Shown here: positions 28,218 through 37,523 of the stretch, one piece after another
Layout: each line of letters opens with the position of its first letter
How positions within the stretch are numbered: position 1 is the first letter of the stretch
Assembly (NCBI GenBank): GCA_964396715.1
Contig: CAYNFQ010000001.1
Coordinates: 21,037-85,036 of the forward strand
Reading direction: 5' to 3'
Length of the DNA: 64,000 bases
From: an uncultured Gammaproteobacteria bacterium
Lineage (GTDB): Bacteria; Patescibacteriota; Microgenomatia; Daviesbacterales; UBA10151
Position numbers and translations under genes: made by a program
Notes under the pieces: model-generated
Database searches by the model: none
What the model saw: the letters and a program-made list of their open reading frames with translations, nothing else
Told to the model about the DNA's origin: nothing

Positions 28218-28758
28218 ATATATAAAGACTACATCAATCCTGGGACTTTTAATTTTGGAAAGGCCGATTTTCAAAGATGAAAGAGGTTTTTTCAGGGAGC
28301 TTTTTCACCTGGATGAGCTGGAAAAGCTAAGTGGGGTTAAATTTGAGACCATACAAATGAACCACTCACATTCTCTGCCCGGGGTTTTACGGGGGATTCA
28401 TGCCGAGGAGTGGAATAAAATTATTTATCCGGTTTCAGGAGATGTATTTATAGCAATAGTTGATGTAAGAGTTGATTCCCAAACTTTCGGTAAAGTTGAG
28501 ACTTTCAATATTGATAACAATAACAGAGTCGGGCTTTTTATACCCAACGGGCTGGCAAACTCACTTTGTGTTAGCGGAGATACTCCTGCCGATTATATCT
28601 ATCTGGTGGATGCTTACTGGGATGGTACTGACACCAGGGCTATTGCTTTTGATGACCCTGATTTGAAAATTGACTGGCCTGTTATAAATCCGGTTGTTTC
28701 CCAAAGGGACAGCAACAACCCGACACTGCGCCAACTTTTTCCGGATAAATTCAGATAA
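28207..28758 (+). CDS. rmlC: dTDP-4-dehydrorhamnose 3,5-epimerase
   Basis: DERGFF.E, GVLRGIH, DVR..S.TFG. Confidence 0.85.
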   Translation: METKYIKTTSILGLLILERPIFKDERGFFRELFHLDELEKLSGVKFETIQMNHSHSLPGVLRGIHAEEWNKIIYPVSGDVFIAIVDVRVDSQTFGKVETFNIDNNNRVGLFIPNGLANSLCVSGDTPADYIYLVDAYWDGTDTRAIAFDDPDLKIDWPVINPVVSQRDSNNPTLRQLFPDKFR

Positions 28759-28761
28759 TTA

Positions 28762-28790
28762 TTGACGCGGAGGCAGCACTCATATATAGT
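28762..28790 (+). promoter_or_regulatory. Sigma70-type promoter for gmd
   Basis: TTGACG-N17-TATAGT, 9 nt before the ATG. Confidence 0.7.
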
Positions 28791-28799
28791 AAACAAAAT

Positions 28800-29816
28800 A
28801 TGGCGACTAAAAAAAGAGCGTTTATCACAGGTATAACCGGTCAGGACGGTTCTTATTTAACGGAATTTCTTTTGGACAAAGGTTATGAGGTGGCAGGTTT
28901 GGTAAGGAGAAATGCCGCCCAGGATTTGGGCAACATTAACGATATCAGGGATGAGGTCAGGATTTATTACGGAGATTTGCAATCCCCGGAATCGATTGCT
29001 TTGGCGCTTTTAGATTTTCAGCCTGATGAAATTTACAATATGGCTTCGATGTCTTCCCCTTTAGGGTCTTTCACGGACAAATTAACCTCTATCATGGTGA
29101 CAGGAGTGGGAGCTTTGCATGTATTTGAGCGGGCAAAACAGATTGTCCCGGAGGCAAACATCTATCAGGCTTCAACATCTGAGATGTTTGGGGCACCAAA
29201 GCAGGTGCCGCAAAATGAAGATACGCCTTTTGCTCCGGTCAATCCCTATGCGGCTGCCAAGGAGTTTGCCCACAGGATGGCGCTAATTTCCAGGAAAGAT
29301 AAAAAACAGCCGCAATTTATCTCCTGCGGCATTTTGTTTAACCATGAAAGCCCCAGGCGCGGTTTAAATTTTGTCACCAGAAAAATTACCGCCGCTGTTG
29401 CCTGTATCAAAAACGGCAAAAAAGAAGGAATTCCTTTAAATGAGATTGGAGAGCCGGTTGTCCAAAACGGAAAATTGAAACTGGGAGATTTAGATGCCAA
29501 AAGAGATTGGGGGTATGCGCCTGATTATGTTGAAGCTATGTGGCTGATTTTACAACAGAGTAAGGCAGATGATTTTGTGGTGGCAACCGGAGAGATCCAT
29601 ACGGTTCGTGAATTCGCACAGGAAGCATTTGCGGTAGTGGGTTTAGACTTTGAGGATTATGTTATATCAGATCCGCATTTTATTCCTCCTGTCCAAACAG
29701 GCCCTCTTTGCGGTGACGCCACCAAGGCCAAAAAGGTACTGGGCTGGCAGCCGAAAACCAAATTTAAGGATCTGGTCAGAATTATGGTTCATGCCGATCT
29801 TGCCAAATTTTCTTAA
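28800..29816 (+). CDS. gmd: GDP-mannose 4,6-dehydratase
   Basis: GITGQDGSYL, YQASTSE, YAAAK, ILFNHESPRRG, RDWG. Confidence 0.92.
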   Translation: MATKKRAFITGITGQDGSYLTEFLLDKGYEVAGLVRRNAAQDLGNINDIRDEVRIYYGDLQSPESIALALLDFQPDEIYNMASMSSPLGSFTDKLTSIMVTGVGALHVFERAKQIVPEANIYQASTSEMFGAPKQVPQNEDTPFAPVNPYAAAKEFAHRMALISRKDKKQPQFISCGILFNHESPRRGLNFVTRKITAAVACIKNGKKEGIPLNEIGEPVVQNGKLKLGDLDAKRDWGYAPDYVEAMWLILQQSKADDFVVATGEIHTVREFAQEAFAVVGLDFEDYVISDPHFIPPVQTGPLCGDATKAKKVLGWQPKTKFKDLVRIMVHADLAKFS

Positions 29817-31000
29817 TGAAAAAGGTATCAGTTGTTCTTCCCACCTATAACGAAAAAGCCAATATAGAAAAAACCGTTGAAAAAGTGTTTGAGCAGCAGA
29901 AAAATTTACCCGGTTGGCAGATGCACATCATCATTGCCGATGATGTCAGATCTTCTGACGGGACGGAAAAAATTGCCCGAAATTTAGTCAAGAAAAATAA
30001 CAGAATCCATTTTTTAAAGGCTGACCCTGGACTTGGAGTAGGGTTGATTTTGGGGCATCAATATGCAATAGAGAAATTACACCCTGATGTTTTGACCCAA
30101 CTGGATGCAGACGGTCAGGTTGTTTCGGATGTTTTAGTCAGACTGGTTGAAACAATTGAGCAGGGTTATGATCTTGCGATTGGTTCACGTTTTGTGGAGG
30201 GAGGGAAAAATCAGTTAAGTCTTGGCAGGAGACTTTTTACTTACGGTGCTTCTATATTTTTTCGCCTGATGGTGGGGCCCTGGGATATTGGGGAAGTGAC
30301 CAATTCAGCCAGGGCTTTTACGCCTGATCTTTTTGGGAAAATTAATCTTAAAAGATTACCCTGGAGAGAGCCCACTTTTATAGTCCAGCCGGCTTTTTTG
30401 CATGAGGCAATACTAACCGGAGCAAGGTATAAAGAGGTCCCGTTAATTTTTAAAAACAGATTGGAGGGATATTCCAAAAATAAAGTGTTCAACTACACTT
30501 ATGATGTGATTTCATACTGTTTGGATATCAAGCTCCATCAGATGGGAGTCAATATCCCGCTTTTCCGTTTGTCCAGGCGGGCAAAAACACCCGTTAAATT
30601 TGGACTGGTTGGATTTATTGGAACGATCGTTGATTTTTTCTTCTACAAAATATTTATTAATTCCCTGGGTTTGCCGCCGGCTACCTCAAAAGGCATTTCC
30701 ACAGAGATTGCCATTATCAACAATTTTATTTTGAATAATTACTGGACTTTCCGCTACAGAAAAACCAGGACCAACCTTTGGCAAAAATTGGGCATTTTTA
30801 ACCTGGTTTCCTTAGGAGGGTTGGTGATCGGGGTTTTGATAGTCAAATATTTGCATTTATCTTTTGGAGATGGGTTTATTACGGTTTTCGGACGACCCGT
30901 TGCCTACAATAACTTCTACTTTTTTGCCACCATCCCGCCAGTGATGACTTGGAATTTTATGATGAATCATTTGATTACTTGGAAACATCAAGAGGATTAG
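29816..31000 (+). CDS. GT2 polyprenol-phosphate glycosyltransferase fused to a GtrA-like flippase domain
   Basis: PTYNE, DADG, GSRF; C-terminal KFG.VG...NNF..N..WTF. Confidence 0.85.
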   Translation: MKKVSVVLPTYNEKANIEKTVEKVFEQQKNLPGWQMHIIIADDVRSSDGTEKIARNLVKKNNRIHFLKADPGLGVGLILGHQYAIEKLHPDVLTQLDADGQVVSDVLVRLVETIEQGYDLAIGSRFVEGGKNQLSLGRRLFTYGASIFFRLMVGPWDIGEVTNSARAFTPDLFGKINLKRLPWREPTFIVQPAFLHEAILTGARYKEVPLIFKNRLEGYSKNKVFNYTYDVISYCLDIKLHQMGVNIPLFRLSRRAKTPVKFGLVGFIGTIVDFFFYKIFINSLGLPPATSKGISTEIAIINNFILNNYWTFRYRKTRTNLWQKLGIFNLVSLGGLVIGVLIVKYLHLSFGDGFITVFGRPVAYNNFYFFATIPPVMTWNFMMNHLITWKHQED

Positions 31001-32163
31001 TTGAAAGGTGCTAGATTTGGTATGGGGGCCGCATTTTGCAGAATAAAATTTTGAGCATAAAGATAAATTGCTAAAAATATCAGGGGTGAAATTATTTTAA
31101 ATTCTTTAGAAGTTAAGACTTTTTCAAATGCAATTAAGACAAATGGGGTGACGGGTAGAACATATCTTGATATATCCCTGTGTGCAACAAAGATTGCGGC
31201 AGCAAGAAAGGTAACCACAAAAAAGGCCATAGGGTATAATTTCTGTTTTATCAGCAGTACTCCACCCAAAAAACCTAAAATAAAAATATAGACTATATCT
31301 TCCAGCCAGGCCTCCCCCACCCAAAATTGGTGTTTGTTAAAAACCTGAAATGGGGGAAAAGTTAGATGAATATTATCTCCGCTTTTAAAATAGGCAAAAA
31401 AGTCTTGGTAAGTGAGTGAATACCAGAAAAATACGGTAAGCAAAGCAAGCGGTATGAGTATAAGTGGTGAGTATGTAACAATTATTCGCATAAGCGAAAC
31501 AAATTGCCCCGCCTTTTGTGCAATGACTTTCCAAATTAAGAAGCAACCTATGGCAATAAACAATAAAATTCCGGGTGGTCTGGTCAGTTGCGCCAAAGCT
31601 CCCATCCCTCCTGCCAAAAGTATATATGAAAACTTACTTGATTGCTCAAATTTCATAAAAAAATAAATGGCAGATAGAGTAAACAGAATAAAGGTTGGTT
31701 CGGAGGATCCTACAGAATGGACAATTAACCACCTGGCAGGCAAGATGAGAAATAATAATGATAAAAACAATGGATGTGAACTAAGCCTGAAGTTGTAAAC
31801 CAGCAGGTAAAATACCCAAGTAGCCAGTATTGTGGAAATTATTGCAACAATCAGCATGGATTTTAAGTAGCCAAAAAATGGGGCCAGAAGGGAGATGAGT
31901 AGAGAGTAACCAGGGAAATGCGAGGCAAAATAATTGGCAGAAAGTCCCATGGGCAAACTGTTTAGAATATCAGGATTATAAAAAGATTTAGCAATTGCAA
32001 TATATTCCAAGCCATCATAGTTTCTATCAATTGTTGAGAATCCTTCTTTGAAGGATAGCCCCCAAAAGTTAGGTAAGGCTAAAATATGCGGAAGCCAGAC
32101 TGCCAAGGTTAAAGTTACCGTACAGACGGCAAGCATAATCAGATCTTTGAATTTATTACTCAC
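30997..32163 (-). CDS. GT-C (PIG-V/mannosyltransferase-like) membrane protein
   Basis: NYDG..Y..IA, FPGY, SE..F, TRPPG; GTG 32163 has TATAAT 6 nt upstream. Confidence 0.7.
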   Translation of the reverse strand: MSNKFKDLIMLAVCTVTLTLAVWLPHILALPNFWGLSFKEGFSTIDRNYDGLEYIAIAKSFYNPDILNSLPMGLSANYFASHFPGYSLLISLLAPFFGYLKSMLIVAIISTILATWVFYLLVYNFRLSSHPLFLSLLFLILPARWLIVHSVGSSEPTFILFTLSAIYFFMKFEQSSKFSYILLAGGMGALAQLTRPPGILLFIAIGCFLIWKVIAQKAGQFVSLMRIIVTYSPLILIPLALLTVFFWYSLTYQDFFAYFKSGDNIHLTFPPFQVFNKHQFWVGEAWLEDIVYIFILGFLGGVLLIKQKLYPMAFFVVTFLAAAIFVAHRDISRYVLPVTPFVLIAFEKVLTSKEFKIISPLIFLAIYLYAQNFILQNAAPIPNLAPFN

Positions 32164-32188
32164 TAGTCTATTATATACATTATCCATA

Positions 32189-34345
32189 ATGATTAAAAAT
32201 TTGTCCGTGTTTTTCCCACTATTTAACGAAGCAGGTAATGTGGAAACAACTGTCAAAAAAGCAGTTGAAGTTTTACAAAAATTAAAGCTCGGGTATGAAA
32301 TTATTCTAATTAATGACGGTTCTAAAGATGGGACAAAAAGAGTAGCAGAAGGCCTCTCTAAAGAAAATCCCAGCATTAGGGTTATAAACCATGAGAAAAA
32401 TTTAGGTTATGGTGAGGCGCTCAAGTCGGGTTTTTACAATGCCAAATATGACACGATTGTTTATACGGACGGAGACGGGCAGTTTGATTTCTCCGAAGTG
32501 ACAAAGTTCCTGGATAAGATAGATGATTATGATTTGCTGATCGGATACCGGATCAAAAGGCAAGACCCCTTTTTTAGAATACTTTTTAAAAAAGGCTGGA
32601 CTTTTGCTCTTTGGACCATGTTTGGTTTGACTTTAAAAGACGTAGATTGCGGTTTCAAAATGATAAAAAGAGAAGTCTTGGAAGCAATTCCCCATTTAGA
32701 GTCACAAAGAGGGGCAATGATCAATGCCGAGCTGGCAATTAAGGCCAAAAAAAATGGATTTAGGGTGGGACAAATAGGAGTGGATCACTACCCAAGGTTG
32801 TCCGGAAGGCCAACAGGAGCTAGTTTAAATGTGATTATTAGATCTTTTACTGATTTATTTAAACTATGGTGGAAGCTGAAAGAGCAAAAGTTTCTTTTCA
32901 TTTTGCTGGCAGGGATTTTACTTTTGGCTGCATTTTTGCGATTTTACAAAATTGATCAGTATATGCTTTTTTTGGGGGATGAAGGCAGGGATGCTTTAAT
33001 TGTGAAAGAGATTGTTGAAGGTCGGCATTTTCCCTTAATCGGCCCGCCCACATCGGTGGGAAATATTTACCTGGGCCCTCTATATTACTATATGATGGCA
33101 ATCCCCATGTTTATATTTAATTTAAATCCGGTTTCTGCAGCCGGAATGAATGCAGCAATTGGAGTTTTAACAGTATTTCTGGTTTATATCTTAGGGAAAC
33201 TATGGTTTGGCAGGGAGGCGGGCCTGATCTCTTCTTTGTTATATGCAGTCTCTCCGGTTACTATAAACTATTCCAACTTTTCCTGGAATCCCAACCCTAC
33301 CCCCTTTTTTGCCTTGCTGGTCATACTTTCTCTTGACAAATTTCATAAGTTAGGAAATTACAAATGGCTGATTTTAACAGCAGCATCAGCAGCAGCTGCT
33401 TTGCAAATGCATTATCTGGCCCTGATTTTACTGCCGGTCTTAGTGGTTGGTTGGCTTAAAGAATTATTGGCAAAAAAAAGCCCCCTTTTTTGGGGAGGAA
33501 CAATTTTAGCGCTGCTTACTTTTTTTCTTTTCATGTCGCCTCTTTTATTGTTTGATTTAAGGCACAATTTTTTAAATTTTAAAGCCATAACTGCGCTTTT
33601 TTTTGGTCAAGATACATCAGTTGGATTTAATATTGTCGATTCTTTACAAAGAATTCCTCAAATTTTTAGTCAAAGTCTCATCGGCAGATATTTAACAGCA
33701 GAAAACCCGGTTTTAACTTTTATTGTTTCAATACTTATACTAATACCGCTAATTTATACCGGTTACCTGATGTATCAAAAAAGGTCGTTTAACTACGGGT
33801 TCTGGATATTAAATAACTGGCTTTTAATAGGTATTTTGGGATTGTCATTTTATAAACAGCAAATCTTTGATCATTATTTAAACTTTCTAAATCCGGCGCC
33901 TTTTTTACTTTTTGGCTCTTTGGTAAAACTTAAGAAAATATTTTTGGCGCCAGTTTTGGTTTTAGTTGTTGTTTTAACATTTGTAAATTTAGCTAAAAAC
34001 CCCCTAAACTTGCCTCCGAATAAACAACTGGAAAGAAGCCAGCAGGTTGCCAAGTTTGTGATTGAAAAAAGTCATAGAGAGGATTTTAATTTTGCCCTGC
34101 TTGCGGAAAATAATTATGACTCAGCTTATATTTTTTATCTGGAAAAATATGGCCACAAGCCAAAAATAGTGCCGCAGGAAAAAACTACCCAGCTTTTTGT
34201 AGTTTGTGAGGATCAAATTTGTGATCCCACTCACAGCGCAAAGTACGAAGTGGCCGCATTCGGTATGTCCAAAATTGACTGGATGGAAGAATATTTTGGA
34301 GTTAAAATATACAGATTGATTCCTAATCCGTCAGGAAGACCATGA
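32189..34345 (+). CDS. GT2 fused to an ArnT/PMT-like GT-C
   Basis: FNEAGN, NDGS.D, DGDGQ, DVDCGFK, then FLGDEGRD, IGPPTS..GPLYYY. Confidence 0.85.
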   Translation: MIKNLSVFFPLFNEAGNVETTVKKAVEVLQKLKLGYEIILINDGSKDGTKRVAEGLSKENPSIRVINHEKNLGYGEALKSGFYNAKYDTIVYTDGDGQFDFSEVTKFLDKIDDYDLLIGYRIKRQDPFFRILFKKGWTFALWTMFGLTLKDVDCGFKMIKREVLEAIPHLESQRGAMINAELAIKAKKNGFRVGQIGVDHYPRLSGRPTGASLNVIIRSFTDLFKLWWKLKEQKFLFILLAGILLLAAFLRFYKIDQYMLFLGDEGRDALIVKEIVEGRHFPLIGPPTSVGNIYLGPLYYYMMAIPMFIFNLNPVSAAGMNAAIGVLTVFLVYILGKLWFGREAGLISSLLYAVSPVTINYSNFSWNPNPTPFFALLVILSLDKFHKLGNYKWLILTAASAAAALQMHYLALILLPVLVVGWLKELLAKKSPLFWGGTILALLTFFLFMSPLLLFDLRHNFLNFKAITALFFGQDTSVGFNIVDSLQRIPQIFSQSLIGRYLTAENPVLTFIVSILILIPLIYTGYLMYQKRSFNYGFWILNNWLLIGILGLSFYKQQIFDHYLNFLNPAPFLLFGSLVKLKKIFLAPVLVLVVVLTFVNLAKNPLNLPPNKQLERSQQVAKFVIEKSHREDFNFALLAENNYDSAYIFYLEKYGHKPKIVPQEKTTQLFVVCEDQICDPTHSAKYEVAAFGMSKIDWMEEYFGVKIYRLIPNPSGRP

Positions 34346-35100
34346 AGAAATTATCTGTTGTCATACCTGCATATAATGAGGAAAGAAACCTTAAAAGGGG
34401 AGTGTTGGATGCTGTTGAAGATTTTTTGGAAAAAAGCGGACTGGAATATGAGGTGATGGTAGTGGATGATGGTTCAACAGATGCCACACGCGAGGTTGTG
34501 AAGGGGTATGTTGCAAAAAACAACAACTTCAGACTGATTGAAAATTCTCACGGAGGAAAAGCCATGGCTGTCATGACCGGCATGCTTAAGGCTAAAGGTG
34601 AGATAGTTTTATTTACAGATATGGATCAGGCCACCCCAATTGATCAGTGGAATAAATTTCTGCCAAAATTTGAGGAAGGTCTGCCTGCCGGTAGGCAGGG
34701 CTATGATGTTGTGATTGGCTCCCGATCTGGCAGGAAGGGGGCGCCTATGGTAAGACAACTGGCTGCCTGGGGGTTTTCATTTTTGCGGGGGATAATTTTA
34801 GGACTGCCTTTTTCCGATACCCAATGCGGTTTTAAGGCTTTTAATAGAGAAGCAATTGAAAAAATTATTCCCAAAATAAAAAGTGAATGGGGGGTGGTGC
34901 ATTTTAAGGGAGGAGCAGTCAATGCCGGCTTTGATGTGGAATTATTATACTTGGCCAAAAAATACGGCTTTAAGATTGCAGAGGTGGAGGTGGTATGGAA
35001 TTATGTGGATACGGAAAGAGTACAGGTCATAAAAGACGCCCTGGCAGCAATTTATGACATGTTAAGAATTAGAATTAATGATTTAAAGGGGAAATATTAA
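34342..35100 (+). CDS. GT2, polyprenyl-phosphate glucosyltransferase-like, with a 7-aa insert
   Basis: PAYNE, DDGS.D, DMD, DTQCGFK, FDVE. Confidence 0.88.
   Translation: MKKLSVVIPAYNEERNLKRGVLDAVEDFLEKSGLEYEVMVVDDGSTDATREVVKGYVAKNNNFRLIENSHGGKAMAVMTGMLKAKGEIVLFTDMDQATPIDQWNKFLPKFEEGLPAGRQGYDVVIGSRSGRKGAPMVRQLAAWGFSFLRGIILGLPFSDTQCGFKAFNREAIEKIIPKIKSEWGVVHFKGGAVNAGFDVELLYLAKKYGFKIAEVEVVWNYVDTERVQVIKDALAAIYDMLRIRINDLKGKY
34681..34698. repeat. 18-bp near-perfect palindrome in frame (LPAGRQ)
   Basis: CTGCCTGCCGGTAGGCAG. Confidence 0.8.
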
Positions 35101-35150
35101 TTCTTCGCAAGAGCTATATTTTAAGATAAATTTATGGCAAAATAGGATGT

Positions 35151-36344
35151 ATGTATGATAATCTGATTGCACAAAAAATTGCTCAACAATACCAACAGAA
35201 TCCCTTGACGGATTTTGCGAGTGTAATATCAACAACGCCATTAAACGCATTAAATTTAAATTGGCGAGAGAGAGATTTGCCTGAAATAATAAGAACCAAA
35301 CATGTTCATCGCCTGCATCCCTATCTTGGCAAGTTTATTCCACAATTGGTAGAGATTTTTTTGCGGAAATATAAACCAGGGCTTGTTTATGATCCATTTG
35401 TGGGTAGTGGTACAACAATCGTTGAAGCAAATACTCTAGGAATAGATTCTATCGGGACAGATGTTTCTGCTTTTAATGTTCTTCTTTCGAAGGTAAAAAC
35501 TGCGAAATATGATATTTCTCTTCTAGAAAAAGAAATTTATGACATCCTTGATCGCTTAAATACATATAAAAATAAATTTTATAAAGATGAAAAAGTAAAT
35601 AAGTTATTTACCATCAATAATGAGTATTTAAATGGCTGGTTCGCCCCGCAAACCCTAAAAGAACTTCTTTGTTACCTACGTTTAATCAAAGATTATACAT
35701 ATCAAGATTTACTAAAAATTATCTTATCTCGCTCGGCTCGTTCAGCACGCCTGGTTACTCATTATGATCTGGATTTCCCCAAAAAACCACAAAGAGGACA
35801 ATATTTTTGCTATAAACACAACCGAACATGCCAACCAGTGGGCGAAGCATATAAATTTTTATCACGCTATACAATTGACACGCTTAATAGAATTAAAGAA
35901 TTTTCAAAAATTAGAACACAAGCAAAAGTTGTCGTGAATCATGCTGATTCCCGAGAGGTAAAATTGCCAACAGGTATTGATATGGTTTTCACCTCACCGC
36001 CCTATATTGGTCTCATTGACTATCATGATCAACATAAGTATGCATATGAACTATTAGGATTACAAAATAATGAAACACGAGAGATAGGCGCTGCAAAAAG
36101 GGGTCAATCTGACCAAGCGAAGAAAGAATATATAAAAGGGGTAAACGAAGTACTACTCCATACTAGAGATTATATGACTAAAAATGGAATAGTTTTAATT
36201 GTAATAAATGATAGATATAATTTATATAAACCAGAAAGCGTAGGTTTCAAATCAATCGGAAAAGTTGACCGTCATGTAAATCGTCGTACAGGCCGTCGAG
36301 AAAGTGCATTTTATGAAAGCATTTTAATTTGGCAAAAAATATGA
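35151..36344 (+). CDS. Amino-DNA methyltransferase, likely m4C
   Basis: HPYLGKF, DPFVGSGTT (motif I), TSPPY (motif IV). Confidence 0.88.
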   Translation: MYDNLIAQKIAQQYQQNPLTDFASVISTTPLNALNLNWRERDLPEIIRTKHVHRLHPYLGKFIPQLVEIFLRKYKPGLVYDPFVGSGTTIVEANTLGIDSIGTDVSAFNVLLSKVKTAKYDISLLEKEIYDILDRLNTYKNKFYKDEKVNKLFTINNEYLNGWFAPQTLKELLCYLRLIKDYTYQDLLKIILSRSARSARLVTHYDLDFPKKPQRGQYFCYKHNRTCQPVGEAYKFLSRYTIDTLNRIKEFSKIRTQAKVVVNHADSREVKLPTGIDMVFTSPPYIGLIDYHDQHKYAYELLGLQNNETREIGAAKRGQSDQAKKEYIKGVNEVLLHTRDYMTKNGIVLIVINDRYNLYKPESVGFKSIGKVDRHVNRRTGRRESAFYESILIWQKI

Positions 36345-37177
36345 CTGACGCACAAGAGATGAAAAAAGCAATTCAATCTGTCATTAAGTTAATGATGGAT
36401 AGAGTTATGCAGAATGTTTTGGTTATAGATCCCTTTATTAAGGAAAATCATAAAGCTAAGAAACCATTGTATGCTGCCCTGGTACCAGACGAAATATTTA
36501 AGGGCTCACATTTTGAAAGGAAGTTTGTTACTCCTTTTGGTAAAGCTTGGCAAAAACTAGCAATTGTAGCAGCTGATAAGGGTTTAGGACACGGTGTTAA
36601 TGAATATAGCATAGTAGGTAAAATAAACGCTGAGCGACTGCGTCGGATACAACAAGTGTTAAATTTACTTGAGTATTCTGAAAAAGGAAAGAAAAGAATA
36701 AAACCTAATTGGAAGAAAGAGTTGAAGTATATTTTAGAGGGAAAAAGTAAAGAATTAATCCCCACAACTGTTATTTGTGATGTTTATGTTGAGGATAAGA
36801 AGAGCGGTAAAAAGTACGCCTTTGAATTAAAAGCGCCATTACCAAATAGCGATCAAACTAAAGTAAGCAAAGAAAAGTTACTAAAATTATATAGCATGGA
36901 TCCTGTTCAAATTAATGGAGCTTATTATGCTTTGCCGTATAATCCATATGGTAAAAGAATGAATTATTCGTGGAGTTTTCCGGCTCGATGGTTCGATATG
37001 AAAAATGATGAGGTTGTTTTGATCGGAGATGAGTTTTGGGAAAAAATTGGAGGCGTAGGAACATATAAAGCCTTTATCAATGCGGTAAATGAAATTGGAA
37101 AAGAATATAAGGATCGAATATATAGAGAATTTTTAGGTATCGAACCACCAACTAATTTAGATGAGGGTAAGCTCTAG
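36341..37177 (+). CDS. Type II restriction endonuclease, TdeIII/MjaII-like
   Basis: FER.F.T.FG..W, D...FELK..LPN, PYNPYG, IG.EFW; ATGA coupling to the methyltransferase. Confidence 0.75.
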   Translation: MTDAQEMKKAIQSVIKLMMDRVMQNVLVIDPFIKENHKAKKPLYAALVPDEIFKGSHFERKFVTPFGKAWQKLAIVAADKGLGHGVNEYSIVGKINAERLRRIQQVLNLLEYSEKGKKRIKPNWKKELKYILEGKSKELIPTTVICDVYVEDKKSGKKYAFELKAPLPNSDQTKVSKEKLLKLYSMDPVQINGAYYALPYNPYGKRMNYSWSFPARWFDMKNDEVVLIGDEFWEKIGGVGTYKAFINAVNEIGKEYKDRIYREFLGIEPPTNLDEGKL

Positions 37178-37198
37178 TAAAACTATAGGGGTAAAAAT

Positions 37199-37523
37199 AT
37201 GAGTAAAACAATCAAAAAATTGAATAAGCTAAATAACCTCGAAAGTTTTATCCAAATTGATACTATTAAGGGGTTCAAATATATAGATCGTGCGGGGGAA
37301 ATAGTCAACACATATTACAAAAAAATACTCCACTGTATTTACCATGGGGCTAAATGGTCTAGTAATAGAGCAACCAAAAAATAAAATTGAACAACAAAAA
37401 ATTGCGGAGTTGGTGAGAAAATCTCACGAAGCCAGAAAGACATCAAAAGAGCTTTTGGAAGAAGCCAAAAGAAAGGTTGAAAAAATGATAGAAAATGGTG
37501 ATAAAATAGAAACTTATGGCTGA
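37199..37523 (+). pseudogene. Frameshifted chimeric remnant ending in an HsdS-like coiled coil
   Basis: 61-aa ORF plus an overlapping +1-frame ORF ...QQKIAELVRKSHEARKTSKELLEEAKRKVEKMIE. Confidence 0.55.

Noticed and set aside
29410-29475. Extra loop in Gmd containing AAGGAATTCCTT
   Set aside because: Looks like an ordinary protein loop; the palindrome is short and does not span the insert
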